Source: an uncultured Acidimicrobiia bacterium
Lineage (GTDB): Bacteria; Actinomycetota; Acidimicrobiia; Acidimicrobiales; AC-14
Direction: 5' to 3'
DNA length: 64,000 nt
Assembly: GCA_963836205.1 (NCBI GenBank)
Contig: CAWIIV010000011.1
Span: forward strand, 96,001-160,000
Part shown: in pieces, positions 1-11,049 of the stretch
Layout of the letters: every line of letters begins with the position of its first letter
How positions within the stretch are numbered: position 1 is the first letter of the stretch
Position numbers and translations under genes: made by a program
Notes under the pieces: generated by a model
Database searches by the model: none
The model's input: only the letters and a program-made list of their open reading frames with translations
What the model was told of the DNA's origin: nothing

Positions 1-1978
1 GTCCCCTGGCGGCCACGGCGGGGGCGGGGGGCAACGGTCGTCACCTCCCGCAATCGCAACATGCGCCGCCTCGGCCGTGTCCTGACGGTCGACACCTTTC
101 CCCCCGACGTGGCCGAGAGGTTCCTGTGGGACCGGGTGCGAGACGGCAACCCGGAGGCCGCGTCCGAGGACGTCGCTGAGGTCCTCGAGCGGCTGGTCGG
201 GCTGCCGTTGGCTCTGGAACAGGCCGCGGCCTGGGTGGACCGCGTTCCGAACCGCCGGTTCCGCCGATACGTGGAGCTCTTCGACGACGCTGCCCGCGAG
301 CCATTCCCCGACGGAACCCGCCCGCTCGAGTACGAACACACTGCCACCACCGCCTGGCGAGTATCGATCGACGCGGCCACGACCGAGGCCCCCTGTGCCG
401 GACGACTCCTGGCCGTTCTCTCCTACCTTGCCCCCGACGAACTACCGTGCTCGTGGCTTCGGGATCTCGCCGATGCCGGTGACGCCTACCTCGCGGCCTC
501 AGGGGCCGAGGTCGACGACGGTTTGGCGGCCCTCCACGGCTACTCCCTGGTCGAGGTGAGCTCCATCGACACTGTGGGCGTGCACCGGGTCATCCAGGCC
601 GCTACGCGGCGCAGCGCGGGGGCGAACGCCGCCGGCTGCGCCATCGCCCTGCTCCGCGCCCAAGTCGACGGCGACGCGTCCAACCACCTCCGTTGGCCAA
701 CCCTCGCCGCCCTCGTCCCCCACGCCGCCGCCGTCGTTGCCAACGCCAGCCTCGCGTTCGCCGACCGCTCCGAGGACCTGTCGTGGATCCTGGACGACCT
801 CACCGTCTACCACCGGTCCCGTGGCGCCATCGCCGACGCAATCGGCGCGGGCCTCGTGGCCGTCGGCTTTGCCACGGCCCATCGCGGCCCGGACCATCCC
901 GACACCCTCGCCAGCCGCAACAACCTCGCCTGCGCCTACGAGTCGGCGGGCGACCTGGGCCGGGCCATCCCCCTCCTCGAGGCGACCCTGGCCGACTACG
1001 AGCGGGTCCTGGGCCCGGACCACCCCGACACCCTCACCAGCCGCAACAACCTCGCCTACGCCTACCAGTCGGCGGGCGACCTGGGCCGGGCCATCCCCCT
1101 CTACGAGGCGACCCTGGCCGACAACGAGCGGGTCCTGGGCCCGGACCACCCCGACACCCTCACCAGCCGCAACAACCTCGCCTCCGCCTACCAGTCGGCG
1201 GGCGACCTGGGCCGGGCCGATCCCCCTCCACGAGGCGACCCTGGCCGACCGCGAGCGGGTCCTGGGCCCGGACCACCCCGACACCCTCGTCAGCCGCAAC
1301 AACCTCGCCTACGCCTACGAGTCGGCGGGCGAGGTGGGCCGGGCCATCCCCCTCCACGAGGCGACCCTGGCCGACTTCGAGCGGATCCTGGGCACGGACC
1401 ACCCCGACACCCTCACCAGCCGCAACAACCTCGCCTACGCCTACGAGTCGGCGGGCGAGGTGGGCCGGGCCATCCCCCTCCACGAGGCGACCCTGGCCGA
1501 CCGCGAGCGGGTCCTGGGCCCGGACCACCCCGACACCCTCACCAGCCGCAACAACCTCGCCTACGCCTACGAGTCGGCGGGCGACTTGGACCGGGCCATC
1601 CCCCTCCACGAGGCGACCCTGGCCGACTTCGAGCGGGTCCTGGGCCCGGACCACCCCGACACCCTCACCAGCCGCAACAACCTCGCCTCCGCCTACGAGT
1701 CGGCGGGCGACCTGGGCCGGGCCGTCCCCCTCCACGAGGCGACCCTGGCCGACCGCGAGCGGGTCCTGGGCCCGGACCACCCCGACACCCTCGCCAGCCG
1801 CAACAACCTCGCCTCCGCCTATCGGGCAGCGGGCGACCTGGGCCGGGCCGTCTCCCTCTTCGAGGCGACCCTGGCCGACTGCGAGCGGGTTCTGGGCCCG
1901 GACCACCCCCACACCCTCACCAGCCGCAACAACCTTGAGCGTGCCCGTAGGGAGTCGGAGTCTCGTCGCCGTCCCTGA
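1..1978 (+). CDS. NB-ARC/STAND-type ATPase with C-terminal TPR array (5' end off-window; apparent +1 frameshift at ~1219)
   Basis: Frame open from base 1 (..ATVVTSRNR..), GLPLALEQAAAW motif, winged-helix VHRVIQ, then 42-aa repeats LGPDHPDTLTSRNNLAxAYxSAGDLGRAIPL; extra G at 1219 (gccgGatccc vs gccatccc in other units) moves repeats to the frame ending 1978. Confidence 0.85.
885..1935 (+). repeat. 126-bp coding tandem repeat (about 8 full TPR units, 9 HPxT motifs)
   Basis: Near-identical units ggcccggaccaccccgacaccctcaccagccgcaacaacctcgcc recurring every 126 bp. Confidence 0.95.
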
Positions 1979-2106
1979 CAACGGCGGGTGGTCCCGGCTC
2001 CCACCGTCCGCCGGCCACCGACGCGACCGGGGCTAGAGGGCCGGGCCCAGGTACTGTCGGGATCAGGCCGTCCCGGTGTTCCTGACGGTGTCGAAGGAGC
2101 AAACTC

Positions 2107-2376
2107 ATGGCCGACCTGTCCCCGCAACTGTTCGACGACCTCGTCGCGCTCGACGTCTTCATGTCCGACCGGGTCGATGGCAAGGCGCTCGGTTCCCGAT
2201 CAGTGCTCGACCAGGCGACGGGGCTGCTCATGACCGGGTTGGGCTACGACGCCTTCGAGGCGTTCGACCTCCTGCGTAGCGAATCCCGGTACTCGCACCT
2301 CACGGTCGACAGCGTCGCCCAGGGGGTCGTCGACTCCGAGGCCCGCGCCCGGCAGCTCTGCGCCGCTTCCAGCTGA
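2107..2376 (+). CDS. Stand-alone ANTAR-domain RNA-binding protein
   Basis: ALGSRSVLDQATGLLM...EAFDLLRSESRYSHLTVDSVAQGVV fits the ANTAR three-helix pattern; RBS aaggag upstream. Confidence 0.75.
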   Translation: MADLSPQLFDDLVALDVFMSDRVDGKALGSRSVLDQATGLLMTGLGYDAFEAFDLLRSESRYSHLTVDSVAQGVVDSEARARQLCAASS

Positions 2377-2383
2377 CCGCCGC

Positions 2384-3826
2384 TCAGAAGATGAGCGGGC
2401 CGGGGTCGGCGGCGATCTCGGCCGACGATCCCTCGGAGATGATGCGGCCCCGCTCCATCACGTAGGCCCGGGAGGCGAGGGCGAGGGCGACGTGGAGGTG
2501 CTGCTCTACCAGCAGGACTCCCGTGCCCTCATCCGCGACCACCTCCCGGAGCACCTTGCCCAGGTCGTTGACGACCCGGGGACCGAGGCCGAGGCTCAAC
2601 TCGTCGACCAGGAGGACCTTTGGGTGGCGGGCGAGGGCTCGCGCCAGGGCCACCATGCGCTGCTCGCCGCCCGAGAGGAGGCCGGCCCGGCGGCCGAGGA
2701 GGTCGGCCAGGGCGGGGAAGCGCTCGACGGCGCGGGCGGTCTCGGCCGCCAGCGCCCGCCGGCCGCCCGCCACAGCGAGGCGGAGGTTCTCCGCCACCGA
2801 CAGCTGGGTGAACAGCGACCGCTCCTGGGGCACGCACGCCAACCCCCGGCGGGCGGCGAAGTGGGGACGTCCCGACGGCACCTCGTAATCGGCGACCCGG
2901 ACCTCGCTCGCCGGGGGGCGGGGGATGGCCCCGGCCGTGGCCAGCACCGTCGTCGTCTTGCCCGCCCCGTTGAGCCCGAGAAGGGCCACCATCTCGCCCG
3001 CGGCGACGGCGAGGTCGACGTTGTGCACCACCTCGTTCCCGCCGTAGCCGGCGGACAGCCGGTGGACTTCGAGCACGGGCGCCCCGTCGGACGCGGCCCC
3101 CGCGGTCCCGGCACCCCCCTCAGGCCCCCCGGCTGGCTCCCCGAGGTAGGCCGCCCGCACCCGGGGGTCGGACCGAAGCGACGCCGGCGAGCCGGTGGCG
3201 ATGACGCGGCCCCGGTCGAGGACGGTGACCCCGTCGCACACGTCGAGCACGAGGTCGAGGTCGTGGTCGACGAGGAGGATGGCCGCGCCGTCGTCGGCCA
3301 GCCGCCGCAGCCGCCGGCCGAGGGCGTGACGGCCGGCAGGGTCGAGTCCGGCCGCGGGCTCGTCGAGCAAGAGCACCGTCGGGCGACCGGCGACGGCCCG
3401 GGTCAGCGCCACCAACCGCCGCTGGGCGTTCGACAGCTGCGCCGGCAGGAGGTCGGCGGTCGGGCCCAGTCCACCGGGGCCGTCCCCCGCCCATTCCGCC
3501 CCGCCGCCCGCCGCCTCGGCCGCCACCAGCAGGTTCTCGCCCACGGTGAGGTCCTCGAACAGCTCCAGCGACTGGAACGTCCGCCCCAGGCCGAGCCGGG
3601 CCCGGGAGTGGGCGGGCAGCCGCTCGACCGTCCGGCCGTCGAGGGAGATGGTCCCCGACGACACCGGCACGAAGCCGGTGAGGGCGTCGATCACCGTGGT
3701 CTTGCCCGCCCCGTTCGGCCCGATGAGGCCGGTCACGGTGCCCGCGGCCAGGTCGAGGTCGACATCGGTCACGGCCGCCACCGGCCCGAACCGCACGGTC
3801 AGCCCGCGCACCTCCAGGAGGCTCAC
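2384..3826 (-). CDS. Branched-chain amino acid-type ABC transporter ATP-binding protein, LivG-LivF fusion
   Basis: Two Walker A motifs (GPNGAGKTT, GLNGAGKTT), LLLDEP / LLVDE, LSGGEQ; GTG at 3826 overlaps permease stop (GTGA). Confidence 0.9.
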   Translation of the reverse strand: MSLLEVRGLTVRFGPVAAVTDVDLDLAAGTVTGLIGPNGAGKTTVIDALTGFVPVSSGTISLDGRTVERLPAHSRARLGLGRTFQSLELFEDLTVGENLLVAAEAAGGGAEWAGDGPGGLGPTADLLPAQLSNAQRRLVALTRAVAGRPTVLLLDEPAAGLDPAGRHALGRRLRRLADDGAAILLVDHDLDLVLDVCDGVTVLDRGRVIATGSPASLRSDPRVRAAYLGEPAGGPEGGAGTAGAASDGAPVLEVHRLSAGYGGNEVVHNVDLAVAAGEMVALLGLNGAGKTTTVLATAGAIPRPPASEVRVADYEVPSGRPHFAARRGLACVPQERSLFTQLSVAENLRLAVAGGRRALAAETARAVERFPALADLLGRRAGLLSGGEQRMVALARALARHPKVLLVDELSLGLGPRVVNDLGKVLREVVADEGTGVLLVEQHLHVALALASRAYVMERGRIISEGSSAEIAADPGPLIF

Positions 3827-5632
3827 CGGGCTCGTCCCACGATGCCCTGGGGCCGGGCGATCGCCACCAGGATCAAGGCCAATCCGGTGATCAGGAGCTG
3901 GTACTTGCCGTCGACGATCGTGAACACCAGCCCGCTCGGCACCAGCAGTCCCCCGACGAGCGCCCCCGACACCGACGCGATCCCGCCCAGGTAGGCGGCG
4001 GCCAGGTACGAGAGCGACACGAACACGCCGAACGAGCCGAACGACAGTCGCCCCTGGCCATAGCCGAGCAGGGCGCCGCCGAGCCCGGCGACGAGGGCCG
4101 ACAGGGCGAACGCGGTCAGCTTGGTGGTGGTGAGTCCGACCCCGCAGGCGGCCGCCGCCCGCTCGTTGGCCCGTACCGCGAGGAACCTCCGCCCGAGGCG
4201 CCCCCGCCGCAACCAGACCACGCCCAGTCCCACCGCCACCAGCACCGCCAGCGCCACCAGTCCGAAGCCCACGGTGCCGGCCCGGCCCACGCCCGGCAGC
4301 GTCGGCACCCGGGTGCCCTCGAAGCCGCCGGTGAGCGCCGGGGCCTTGAACACCGCCTCCTCCACCGCCACCGCCGCGGCCAGCGTCACCACCGCCAGGC
4401 TCAGTCCCCGCAGGCGGAGGGCGGGCAGTCCCACCGCCACCCCCACCACCGCCGCCAGCCCGGCCGCCACCAGGGGGGCGACGGGAAAGGGCACGTCCCA
4501 CGCCGAGATCAGCTTGGCCAGCGAGAAGCCGGCCGCCCCCGCGAACGCCATCTGGGCCAGCGAGATCTGGCCGACGTACCCGGTCAGCACCACCAGCGAC
4601 AGGCAGATGACGGCGCCGACCAGGCTGTTCACCAGTCCCAGCCGGTACTGGCCGCTCAGGGCCAACAGCCCCATCGCTCCCACCGCCACCCCCACGCCGG
4701 CCCACACGCCCGGCCGGCGGACCCTGGTGGCCAGGGGCAGGGGCCGCTCCACCGGCGCGCCCCGGCCCAGGTTGCGACCGGCCCCCAGGGCGAGGGCGAC
4801 GAGGATCACCACCAACGGCAGCGCCTCCCGGACGCCGGCCCGGGGGATCCACGAGAAGTCGTCCTGCAGCTTGAGCATGGCCGATTGGCCCATCCCGAGG
4901 GCGAGGGCGGCCGCCACCGTCGCCCCGAACGACGCCAGCCGGCCGGCCAGCGCCGCGGCCAAGGCGGGCACCACGAGCAGGGTCGTGGTGGCCGGGTCGA
5001 GGCCCGTCAACGGCCCGACCAGGATGCCCCCCAGGCCGGCCAGCACGCTGGCCAGCACCCAGTTGACGGCGGAGACGGTGTCGGGCGAACACCCGAGCAG
5101 TCGCCGCCGAGGTCTGGTCCTCGGCGGTGGCCCGGCTGGCCAGGCCGAAGCGGGTGAAACGGTAGAGAGCCCACAGCCCGGCCGCAGCCAGCACGACAAG
5201 CGCGGCCAGGAGGAGGCGGTCACGAGGCACGTCGACCCCGAGGATGGCGACGGGCCGGTTCGGGAGGAGCGACGGCACCGGCCGGCTGTCGGCGCCGAAC
5301 CACAGGACGGCGAGGGCCTGGAGGGTGGCCAGGAGTCCCACCGAGGCCACCACCCGGGCGAGGGCGGGCGCCGTCCGCAGGGGGCGGAAGACGAGGACGT
5401 GGACCACCAGCCCGAGGGCGGCGGCGGCCACCAGGCTGACGGCCAACGCCGGCCACAACCCGAGGTCGGGACGGAGCTCCACGAAGGCGTAGGTGACGAG
5501 CATCGCCATCGCCCCGTGGGCGAAGTTCACGACCCCCGACGCCCGGTGGACGAGCACCAGCCCGAGCCCGAGCGCCGCGTAGACGGCCCCCGGGCCCAGC
5601 CCCAGGAGCAGGAAGACCAGGTAGCCGTCGAC
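3823..5632 (-). CDS. Branched-chain amino acid-type ABC permease, LivH-LivM fusion (apparent frameshift ~5101; start uncertain)
   Basis: GAVYAALGLGLVLVHRASGVVNFAHGAMAM (LivH start) and GYVGQISLAQMAF, LRLRGLSLAVVTLA (LivM); halves are in two frames joined near 5101. Confidence 0.85.
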
Positions 5633-5710
5633 CGACGCAGGCTACGGGCTCATCCCACCCGCCGCCCGCCGCCCGCCGACGGTGCTCGACAGACGGGGGA
5701 CAATTGGGGC

Positions 5711-6925
5711 GTGACCCTCAGGCACCGGTCCCGAACGAGGTGGGTGGCGCCGGCGGTGGCGCTCATGACCCTCGCCGCCTGCAGCGGCGGCGGCTCGGGC
5801 GGCGGCGACCCGGCTGACCTCGACGGCGGACTCACCGGCCCGCCCGTCGTCGTCGGCCTGCTCAACCAGGAGGACGCCCCCATCGGCTCCTTCCCCGACC
5901 TGCGGAAGGGGGCGGAGGCGGCCGTGCTCCACGTCAACGCCGACCTCGGCGGCGTCGATGGCCGTCCCATCCGCCTCCAGGCCTGCGCCACCCGGGGCAC
6001 GGCCGAGTCGTCGCAGGCGTGCGCGACCAAGCTCGCCGGCGACCACCCCGTCGCCGTCATCGGCGGGGTCGACCTGGGCTCGGCCGCGTCCCTCCCCGTC
6101 CTCGAGGACGCCGGCATCCCGTACGTCGGCTCGCTTCCCCAACTGGGGGAGGAGCTCACGTCCGACGGCGCCTTCATGTTGGCCGGCGGCACGGTCGCCG
6201 ACCTCCTGGGCCAGGCCGACTACGCCCTCGACGTCCTCCACGCCAAGCGCATCGGCGCCCTCTACGTCGATCTCCCGGGCGTGCTCACCACCGTGGTGCG
6301 GGCGGCCGAGATCGTCCTCAAGGCCCGGGGCGCCACCGACGTGAAGCTGGTGGCGGCCAAGGCCGACGAGGCCGACTTCACCCCCGCCCTCAAGGCCGCC
6401 ACCGCCGGCGACCCGGAGGTGGTCTTCGTCGTCTTCCCGGCCCAGGCGTGCGCCCGCATCATGCAGGCCGGCCAATCCCTGTCCGTTGAGGCGGCGATGT
6501 TCTTCCCCAGTGCCTGCGCCGAGCGGAAGGTGGTCGACGCCGCCGGCGACGCGGCCGACGGCGCCTACTTCGGCTCCGCCTACCTCCCGTTCGGCGACCC
6601 GTCCCCCGAGGTCGAGGCGTGGCGGTCGCGGACGAAGTCGGAGGGGGTCCTGTCCCAGGCCGGGTTCAGCGCGGTGATGAACGTCCACCGCATCCTCACC
6701 GAAGCCGCCGACGCCACCCCGGCGGCGGTCACCGCCGCCCTGGCCGGGGCCCGTGACCACCCCGGCTTCATGACCCACGCCTACACGTGCGACGGCAGGC
6801 AGGTGCCGATCATGAAGGCGGTCTGCAACCCCCACGTCCGCATCCTCCGCCTCCAGGACGGTCGCTTCGAGGACGTGGTGGGCGACTGGGTCGACGGCGC
6901 CGACCTGGTGAAGCTGTTCGGCTGA
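5711..6925 (+). CDS. ABC transporter substrate-binding lipoprotein (Liv/type 1 periplasmic-binding fold)
   Basis: Lipobox LAAC, NADLGGVDGRPIRL motif, ADFTPAL; divergent from the permease. Confidence 0.85.
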   Translation: MTLRHRSRTRWVAPAVALMTLAACSGGGSGGGDPADLDGGLTGPPVVVGLLNQEDAPIGSFPDLRKGAEAAVLHVNADLGGVDGRPIRLQACATRGTAESSQACATKLAGDHPVAVIGGVDLGSAASLPVLEDAGIPYVGSLPQLGEELTSDGAFMLAGGTVADLLGQADYALDVLHAKRIGALYVDLPGVLTTVVRAAEIVLKARGATDVKLVAAKADEADFTPALKAATAGDPEVVFVVFPAQACARIMQAGQSLSVEAAMFFPSACAERKVVDAAGDAADGAYFGSAYLPFGDPSPEVEAWRSRTKSEGVLSQAGFSAVMNVHRILTEAADATPAAVTAALAGARDHPGFMTHAYTCDGRQVPIMKAVCNPHVRILRLQDGRFEDVVGDWVDGADLVKLFG

Positions 6926-6943
6926 GGCGGGGGGCCAGGCCCG

Positions 6944-8977
6944 TCAGGGGGAGGGCAGGGCCGGCGGCGGGCCGATCGGGTAGTCACCCGAGACGCCCCA
7001 GCTCAGGGAGGTCGTGCCCCCCGCGCTGCGCTGGACATGCCATGCCCCGTTCGATGGCCGGAAGACGGCCAGATCGGACTTGCCGTCGCCGTCGAAGTCG
7101 CCGGATTGGGGGATGTCGCCGGGCGATCCCCAGCTCACCGCCGTCGTGCCGCCACCACTCCGGGAGATGTACCAGACGCCGGTGGACGGCCGGTAGACCG
7201 CGAGGTCGGTCCTGCTGTCGCCGTCGAAGTCGCCGGCCCGGGGGACGTCGCCGCTCGTGCCCCAGCCCTGCGCGGTCGTGCCGCCGGCGCTGCCCTGGAC
7301 GTACCAGATCCCGGTCGAAGGGCGGAACACGGCGACGTCCGCCTTGGCGTCGCCGTCGAAGTCGCCGGAGACGGGGACATCCCCCGCCGTGCCCCAGTTC
7401 ACGGCCGTCGTGCCGCCACCACTCCGGGAGATGTGCCAGCTGCTCGTGGAGGGGCGGTAGACGGCGGTGTCGGCCCGCCCGTCGCCGTCGTAGTCGGCGG
7501 GCATCGGCCGGTCGCCGTTCGTCCCCCAGTTGACGGCCGAGGTGCCGCCCGCGCTGCGCTGGACGAACCAGGACCCGGTGGAGGGCCGGAAGACCACGAC
7601 GTCGATGCGGCGGTCTCCGTCGAAGTCCCCTGAGGCGGGGATGTCGCCCGGCGTCCCCCAGCTCGCGGTGGTGCTGCCGCCGCTGCTCCGGGAGACGTAC
7701 CAGAACCCGTTCGACGGGCGGAACACGGCAGTGTCGCTGAGCCCGTCGCCGTCGAAGTCGGCCGGCGGTGCGGGCGGCCCGGCCGGGAAGGCGATCTTGC
7801 GCACCTCGCCGCCGCCGGCATACGTCGAGTAGTACAGCGCCCGGTCGGGTCCGAACTCCATGTGGACGGCACTGGACCCGCCCAAGCCGGTGGCGAAGTC
7901 CCGCACCGTCGTCCCGTCGAGCAGGAACATCTTCCCGCAGATGTAGTCGGCGAAGAGATACCGGCCGGCGTAGGCGGGCGACCAGGCCCCGGCGGGGATG
8001 AACGCGGCGCCCGTAATCGACCGGCACCCGGTGGACGACGCATAGTCGTGGACCGGGTTGGTCGCTCCCGGGAGGACGCAGCCGCCGGCGATGGAGGGGT
8101 TGGCGATCGTGCCCTCCCTGCAGTTCCACCCGTAGTCGGCGCCGGCCGCCCCGACGTCGACCTCCTCCCTCGCCCCCTGGCCGACGTCGTTGACGTGCAG
8201 CAGGCCGTCGGCCCGGAAGGCGAACCGGAACGGGTTCCGCAACCCCCAGGCCCAGGTCTCGCTGCACAACGCCGTGCTTCCGGGATTGGTGTCGCCCGCG
8301 GGGTGGCCGCAACGGCGCGTGCTCGTGGGGGCGTACGGGTTGTCGGCGGGAACCGTCCCGTCCTGGTTCAGGCGCAGGATCTTGCCCAGCAGGTGCGTGC
8401 GGCTGCGGGCATTGTCGTTCAGCCCCCCGCATCCGAGACCACCGAGCTGGCAGCCGCCGTCGCCGACCGAGACGTAGAGCTTCCCGTCCGGCCCCAGGTT
8501 GAGGTCGCCGGCGTTGTGGTTGGTGGCGGGCGTGGGAATCCAGTCGAGAAGCACGACCTCGCCGCTGAGCAGGTTGTTCGACCCCAGCGTGAACCGGGAG
8601 ACGCGGTTCCAGCAGTCGCCGTCGTGGTTCGACGTGTAATAGAGGAAGACCTGGTTGGTGGCCGAGATCGCCGATCCGAGCAGTCCCTGTTCCCCGCTGG
8701 CACAGGGCGACAGTGTCAGCGCCGCCGTGGGCAGCAGCGTCCCGTTCACCACCATGCGCACGGTGCCGCCCTGGGTCGTGACCAGCATTCGGCCATCGAG
8801 GGCGAAGGAGATCGACGTGGGGGCCCCGATCTGGACGACCGGCGCGTCGGTGAAGCCGGGGTCGTTCGGGAACGTGGCCGCCTGGGCGGGCGGTGCGAAC
8901 GCCGGTACGAGGCCGAGGGCGAGCGTGCAACTCGCGACCAGCGACCTGCCCCAAGGGTGTCGTCTCCTACTGCGCAC
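6944..8977 (-). CDS. Secreted PQQ-dependent glucose/sorbosone dehydrogenase family protein with six C-terminal FG-GAP/VCBS-like repeats
   Basis: Signal peptide ending AQA; [37 protein letters not shown]; 6x DFDGDxxxDxAVFRPS. Confidence 0.88.
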   Translation of the reverse strand: MRSRRRHPWGRSLVASCTLALGLVPAFAPPAQAATFPNDPGFTDAPVVQIGAPTSISFALDGRMLVTTQGGTVRMVVNGTLLPTAALTLSPCASGEQGLLGSAISATNQVFLYYTSNHDGDCWNRVSRFTLGSNNLLSGEVVLLDWIPTPATNHNAGDLNLGPDGKLYVSVGDGGCQLGGLGCGGLNDNARSRTHLLGKILRLNQDGTVPADNPYAPTSTRRCGHPAGDTNPGSTALCSETWAWGLRNPFRFAFRADGLLHVNDVGQGAREEVDVGAAGADYGWNCREGTIANPSIAGGCVLPGATNPVHDYASSTGCRSITGAAFIPAGAWSPAYAGRYLFADYICGKMFLLDGTTVRDFATGLGGSSAVHMEFGPDRALYYSTYAGGGEVRKIAFPAGPPAPPADFDGDGLSDTAVFRPSNGFWYVSRSSGGSTTASWGTPGDIPASGDFDGDRRIDVVVFRPSTGSWFVQRSAGGTSAVNWGTNGDRPMPADYDGDGRADTAVYRPSTSSWHISRSGGGTTAVNWGTAGDVPVSGDFDGDAKADVAVFRPSTGIWYVQGSAGGTTAQGWGTSGDVPRAGDFDGDSRTDLAVYRPSTGVWYISRSGGGTTAVSWGSPGDIPQSGDFDGDGKSDLAVFRPSNGAWHVQRSAGGTTSLSWGVSGDYPIGPPPALPSP

Positions 8978-9093
8978 GCGTCATGCATCCCCCGGAAGAG
9001 CCACTGGTGATCATTCTGGCAGCCGGGGGCCGTGCGGACGGTCGCGGGAAACGGCTTGCCCCCCTTCCCCGATGGGACAACAGTGGGCGCGGC

Positions 9094-9837
9094 ATGTTCG
9101 AGCGGTTCACCGATCGGGCCCGGCGGGTCGTGGTGCTGGCGCAGGAGGAAGCCCGCCTGCTCAACCACAACTACATCGGCACCGAGCACGTCCTCCTCGG
9201 GCTGATCCACGAAGGCGAAGGGGTGGCGGCCAAGGCGCTGGAGGAGCTGGGCATCTCGCTGGAGGCCGTCCGCCGTGAGGTGGAGGAGATCATCGGCGAG
9301 GGCGCCTCGTCCCCCAGCGGGCACATCCCGTTCACTCCTCGGGCCAAGAAGGTCCTCGAGCTGTCGCTACGGGAAGCTCTCCAGCTCGGTCACAACTACA
9401 TCGGGACGGAGCACATCCTCCTCGGGCTGATCCGGGAAGGTGAGGGGGTGGCGGCCCAGGTCCTGGTCAGGCTGGGCGCCGACCTCAACCGGGTCCGGCA
9501 CCAGGCGATCCAACTCCTTTCCGGCTACCCCGGCGCCGCCACCGGCGCCCACAGCTTCGCCAGCCATGAGATCAGGAACACCGGCCGTCGGCTGCACCTG
9601 AAGGTCATGGCCGGCCGCATCATCCTGAGCATCGACGATCCGAGCCTGGGCGAGCTCAACGAGCTCGACCTGGTCGTGCGGAATCCCGATCTCACGCCGG
9701 AGGACTCCCGGGCGATCTACCAGACGGTCCGCAACCTCGTCCGCCAGCTCGACGAGCGGCTGGCCGAGCTCGAGCCCACGATCGGCTTCGACGACCCGCC
9801 CCAGGAAGCGTCGTCGCCGGCCGACCCGCCCGCGTAG
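9094..9837 (+). CDS. Clp protease N-terminal domain protein (ClpC1-like N-domain, no AAA+ module)
   Basis: [29 protein letters not shown] twice, [17 protein letters not shown]; then ~100 unrelated residues and stop. Confidence 0.9.
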   Translation: MFERFTDRARRVVVLAQEEARLLNHNYIGTEHVLLGLIHEGEGVAAKALEELGISLEAVRREVEEIIGEGASSPSGHIPFTPRAKKVLELSLREALQLGHNYIGTEHILLGLIREGEGVAAQVLVRLGADLNRVRHQAIQLLSGYPGAATGAHSFASHEIRNTGRRLHLKVMAGRIILSIDDPSLGELNELDLVVRNPDLTPEDSRAIYQTVRNLVRQLDERLAELEPTIGFDDPPQEASSPADPPA

Positions 9838-9863
9838 CGCCCCGTCAGTCGGGGAGAATCCTG

Positions 9864-10277
9864 TCAGTCCGGGAGAATCCGGAAGCGCCCGCCGCCGAGG
9901 GGACGAAGGGCCTCGAAGCGGCGCCGGTCGAGGGTGAGCACCGATCGGGTCTGGTACTGCTCGGCCAGCACCACCAGCGAGGCGTCGGCGATGCCGATCC
10001 GCTGGTCGCGGTGGCGCTCGACCACCGATCGGGCCTGGCCGAGCTGCTCCGCGGCGAGGGCGGCCAGGAGGTATGCCCCCCCGGCCAACTCGGCCAGCAC
10101 CGCCAGCTCGGCTTCCACGCCGAGGCGGCTGCCGACCAGGTCGTCGAGCTCCGCCACCACGTACGGAGACACGACCATGGGCTCGACCTCGGCCGCCACC
10201 ACCGCCCGCACCGCCTCGTGGGCCGGCTCGCGCCGGTTGAACATGGCGAGCAGGCCGCTGGTGTCGGCGACGATCAC
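9864..10277 (-). CDS. vapC: VapC-family PIN-domain toxin
   Basis: MIVADTSGLLA, VVAEL, IADASLV, TLDRRRF acidic PIN motifs. Confidence 0.88.
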   Translation of the reverse strand: MIVADTSGLLAMFNRREPAHEAVRAVVAAEVEPMVVSPYVVAELDDLVGSRLGVEAELAVLAELAGGAYLLAALAAEQLGQARSVVERHRDQRIGIADASLVVLAEQYQTRSVLTLDRRRFEALRPLGGGRFRILPD

Positions 10278-10483
10278 TGCTCGCCGAAACCGGCGAGCAG
10301 TGCGTCGACCTGATCGGCGAACGGCTCACCAGCGACGATGCCGGCGTTCGGCGTGGGCGCATGGACCGCCGCGGCCACCGCCCGGCGGATGACCTCCGCC
10401 TCCGAGCACCCCTGCCGCTTCGCCTCCCGTTCGACCGCCGCCTTGAGCGAGTCGGTGAGATAGATCGTGGTCCTGCGGGCCAT
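10274..10483 (-). CDS. vapB: VapB-type ribbon-helix-helix antitoxin
   Basis: RTTIYLTDSLK..SEAEVIRRAV; 4-bp overlap with PIN gene. Confidence 0.85.
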   Translation of the reverse strand: MARRTTIYLTDSLKAAVEREAKRQGCSEAEVIRRAVAAAVHAPTPNAGIVAGEPFADQVDALLAGFGEQ

Positions 10484-10492
10484 GCCACCTAT

Positions 10493-10510
10493 GGTGCCAG
10501 CGGTGGCACC
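10493..10510. promoter_or_regulatory. Palindromic operator candidate for VapBC autoregulation
   Basis: GGTGCCA-gcgg-TGGCACC directly upstream of the antitoxin start. Confidence 0.5.
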
Positions 10511-10519
10511 GTGCGCGGC

Positions 10520-11011
10520 CTACACGACCTCTTCGAGCTTGCCGTTCTGGACGTTGTAGACGAAGCCCCGGACGGCGTCGGTGTGGGGGATGAAGGGGCT
10601 GGCCTTGATGCGCGCGATCGACTGGCGGACGTCGTCGTGGGCGTCGGGGAACGCCTCCAGGGCGAACGACGGGCGGATGCCGACATCGTCCTGGATCTGC
10701 TGCTTCACCGCGTCGTCGGAGAAGGTGACCATCCCGCAGTCGGTGTGGTGGATGAGGATGATCTCGGAGGTGCCGAGCAGGCGCTGGGAGATCGTCAGCG
10801 ACCGGATGACGTCCTCCGTCACCACCCCACCGGCGTTGCGGATGACGTGGGCGTCCCCCTCGTGAAGGCCGAGGATCCCGTACGGGTTCAACCTGGCGTC
10901 CATGCAGGCGAGCACGGCGACGTGCTGGCCGGGGGGCATGGGCAGGTCGCCCTGGTCGAAGGCGGCGGCGTACTGCTCACTGTTCTGGAGCAGCTTCTCG
11001 GTCACGGTCAT
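10520..11011 (-). CDS. Beta-class carbonic anhydrase, clade D (Rv1284-like)
   Basis: ACMDARL, RNAGG, HHTDCGM zinc ligands; RBS caggagg before ATG 11011. Confidence 0.92.
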   Translation of the reverse strand: MTVTEKLLQNSEQYAAAFDQGDLPMPPGQHVAVLACMDARLNPYGILGLHEGDAHVIRNAGGVVTEDVIRSLTISQRLLGTSEIILIHHTDCGMVTFSDDAVKQQIQDDVGIRPSFALEAFPDAHDDVRQSIARIKASPFIPHTDAVRGFVYNVQNGKLEEVV

Positions 11012-11049
11012 GGGGACGACCTCCTGGGGCCTGTGGTGGTGGGTATCGA

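Noticed and set aside
2384-5557. Single 1057-aa permease-ATPase fusion from the ORF track
   Set aside because: Middle third is out-of-frame junk; a frameshift near 5101 joins two separate genes
9094-9837. Frameshifted full-length clpC
   Set aside because: No AAA+ motifs evident in other frames downstream; a convergent TA pair follows immediately
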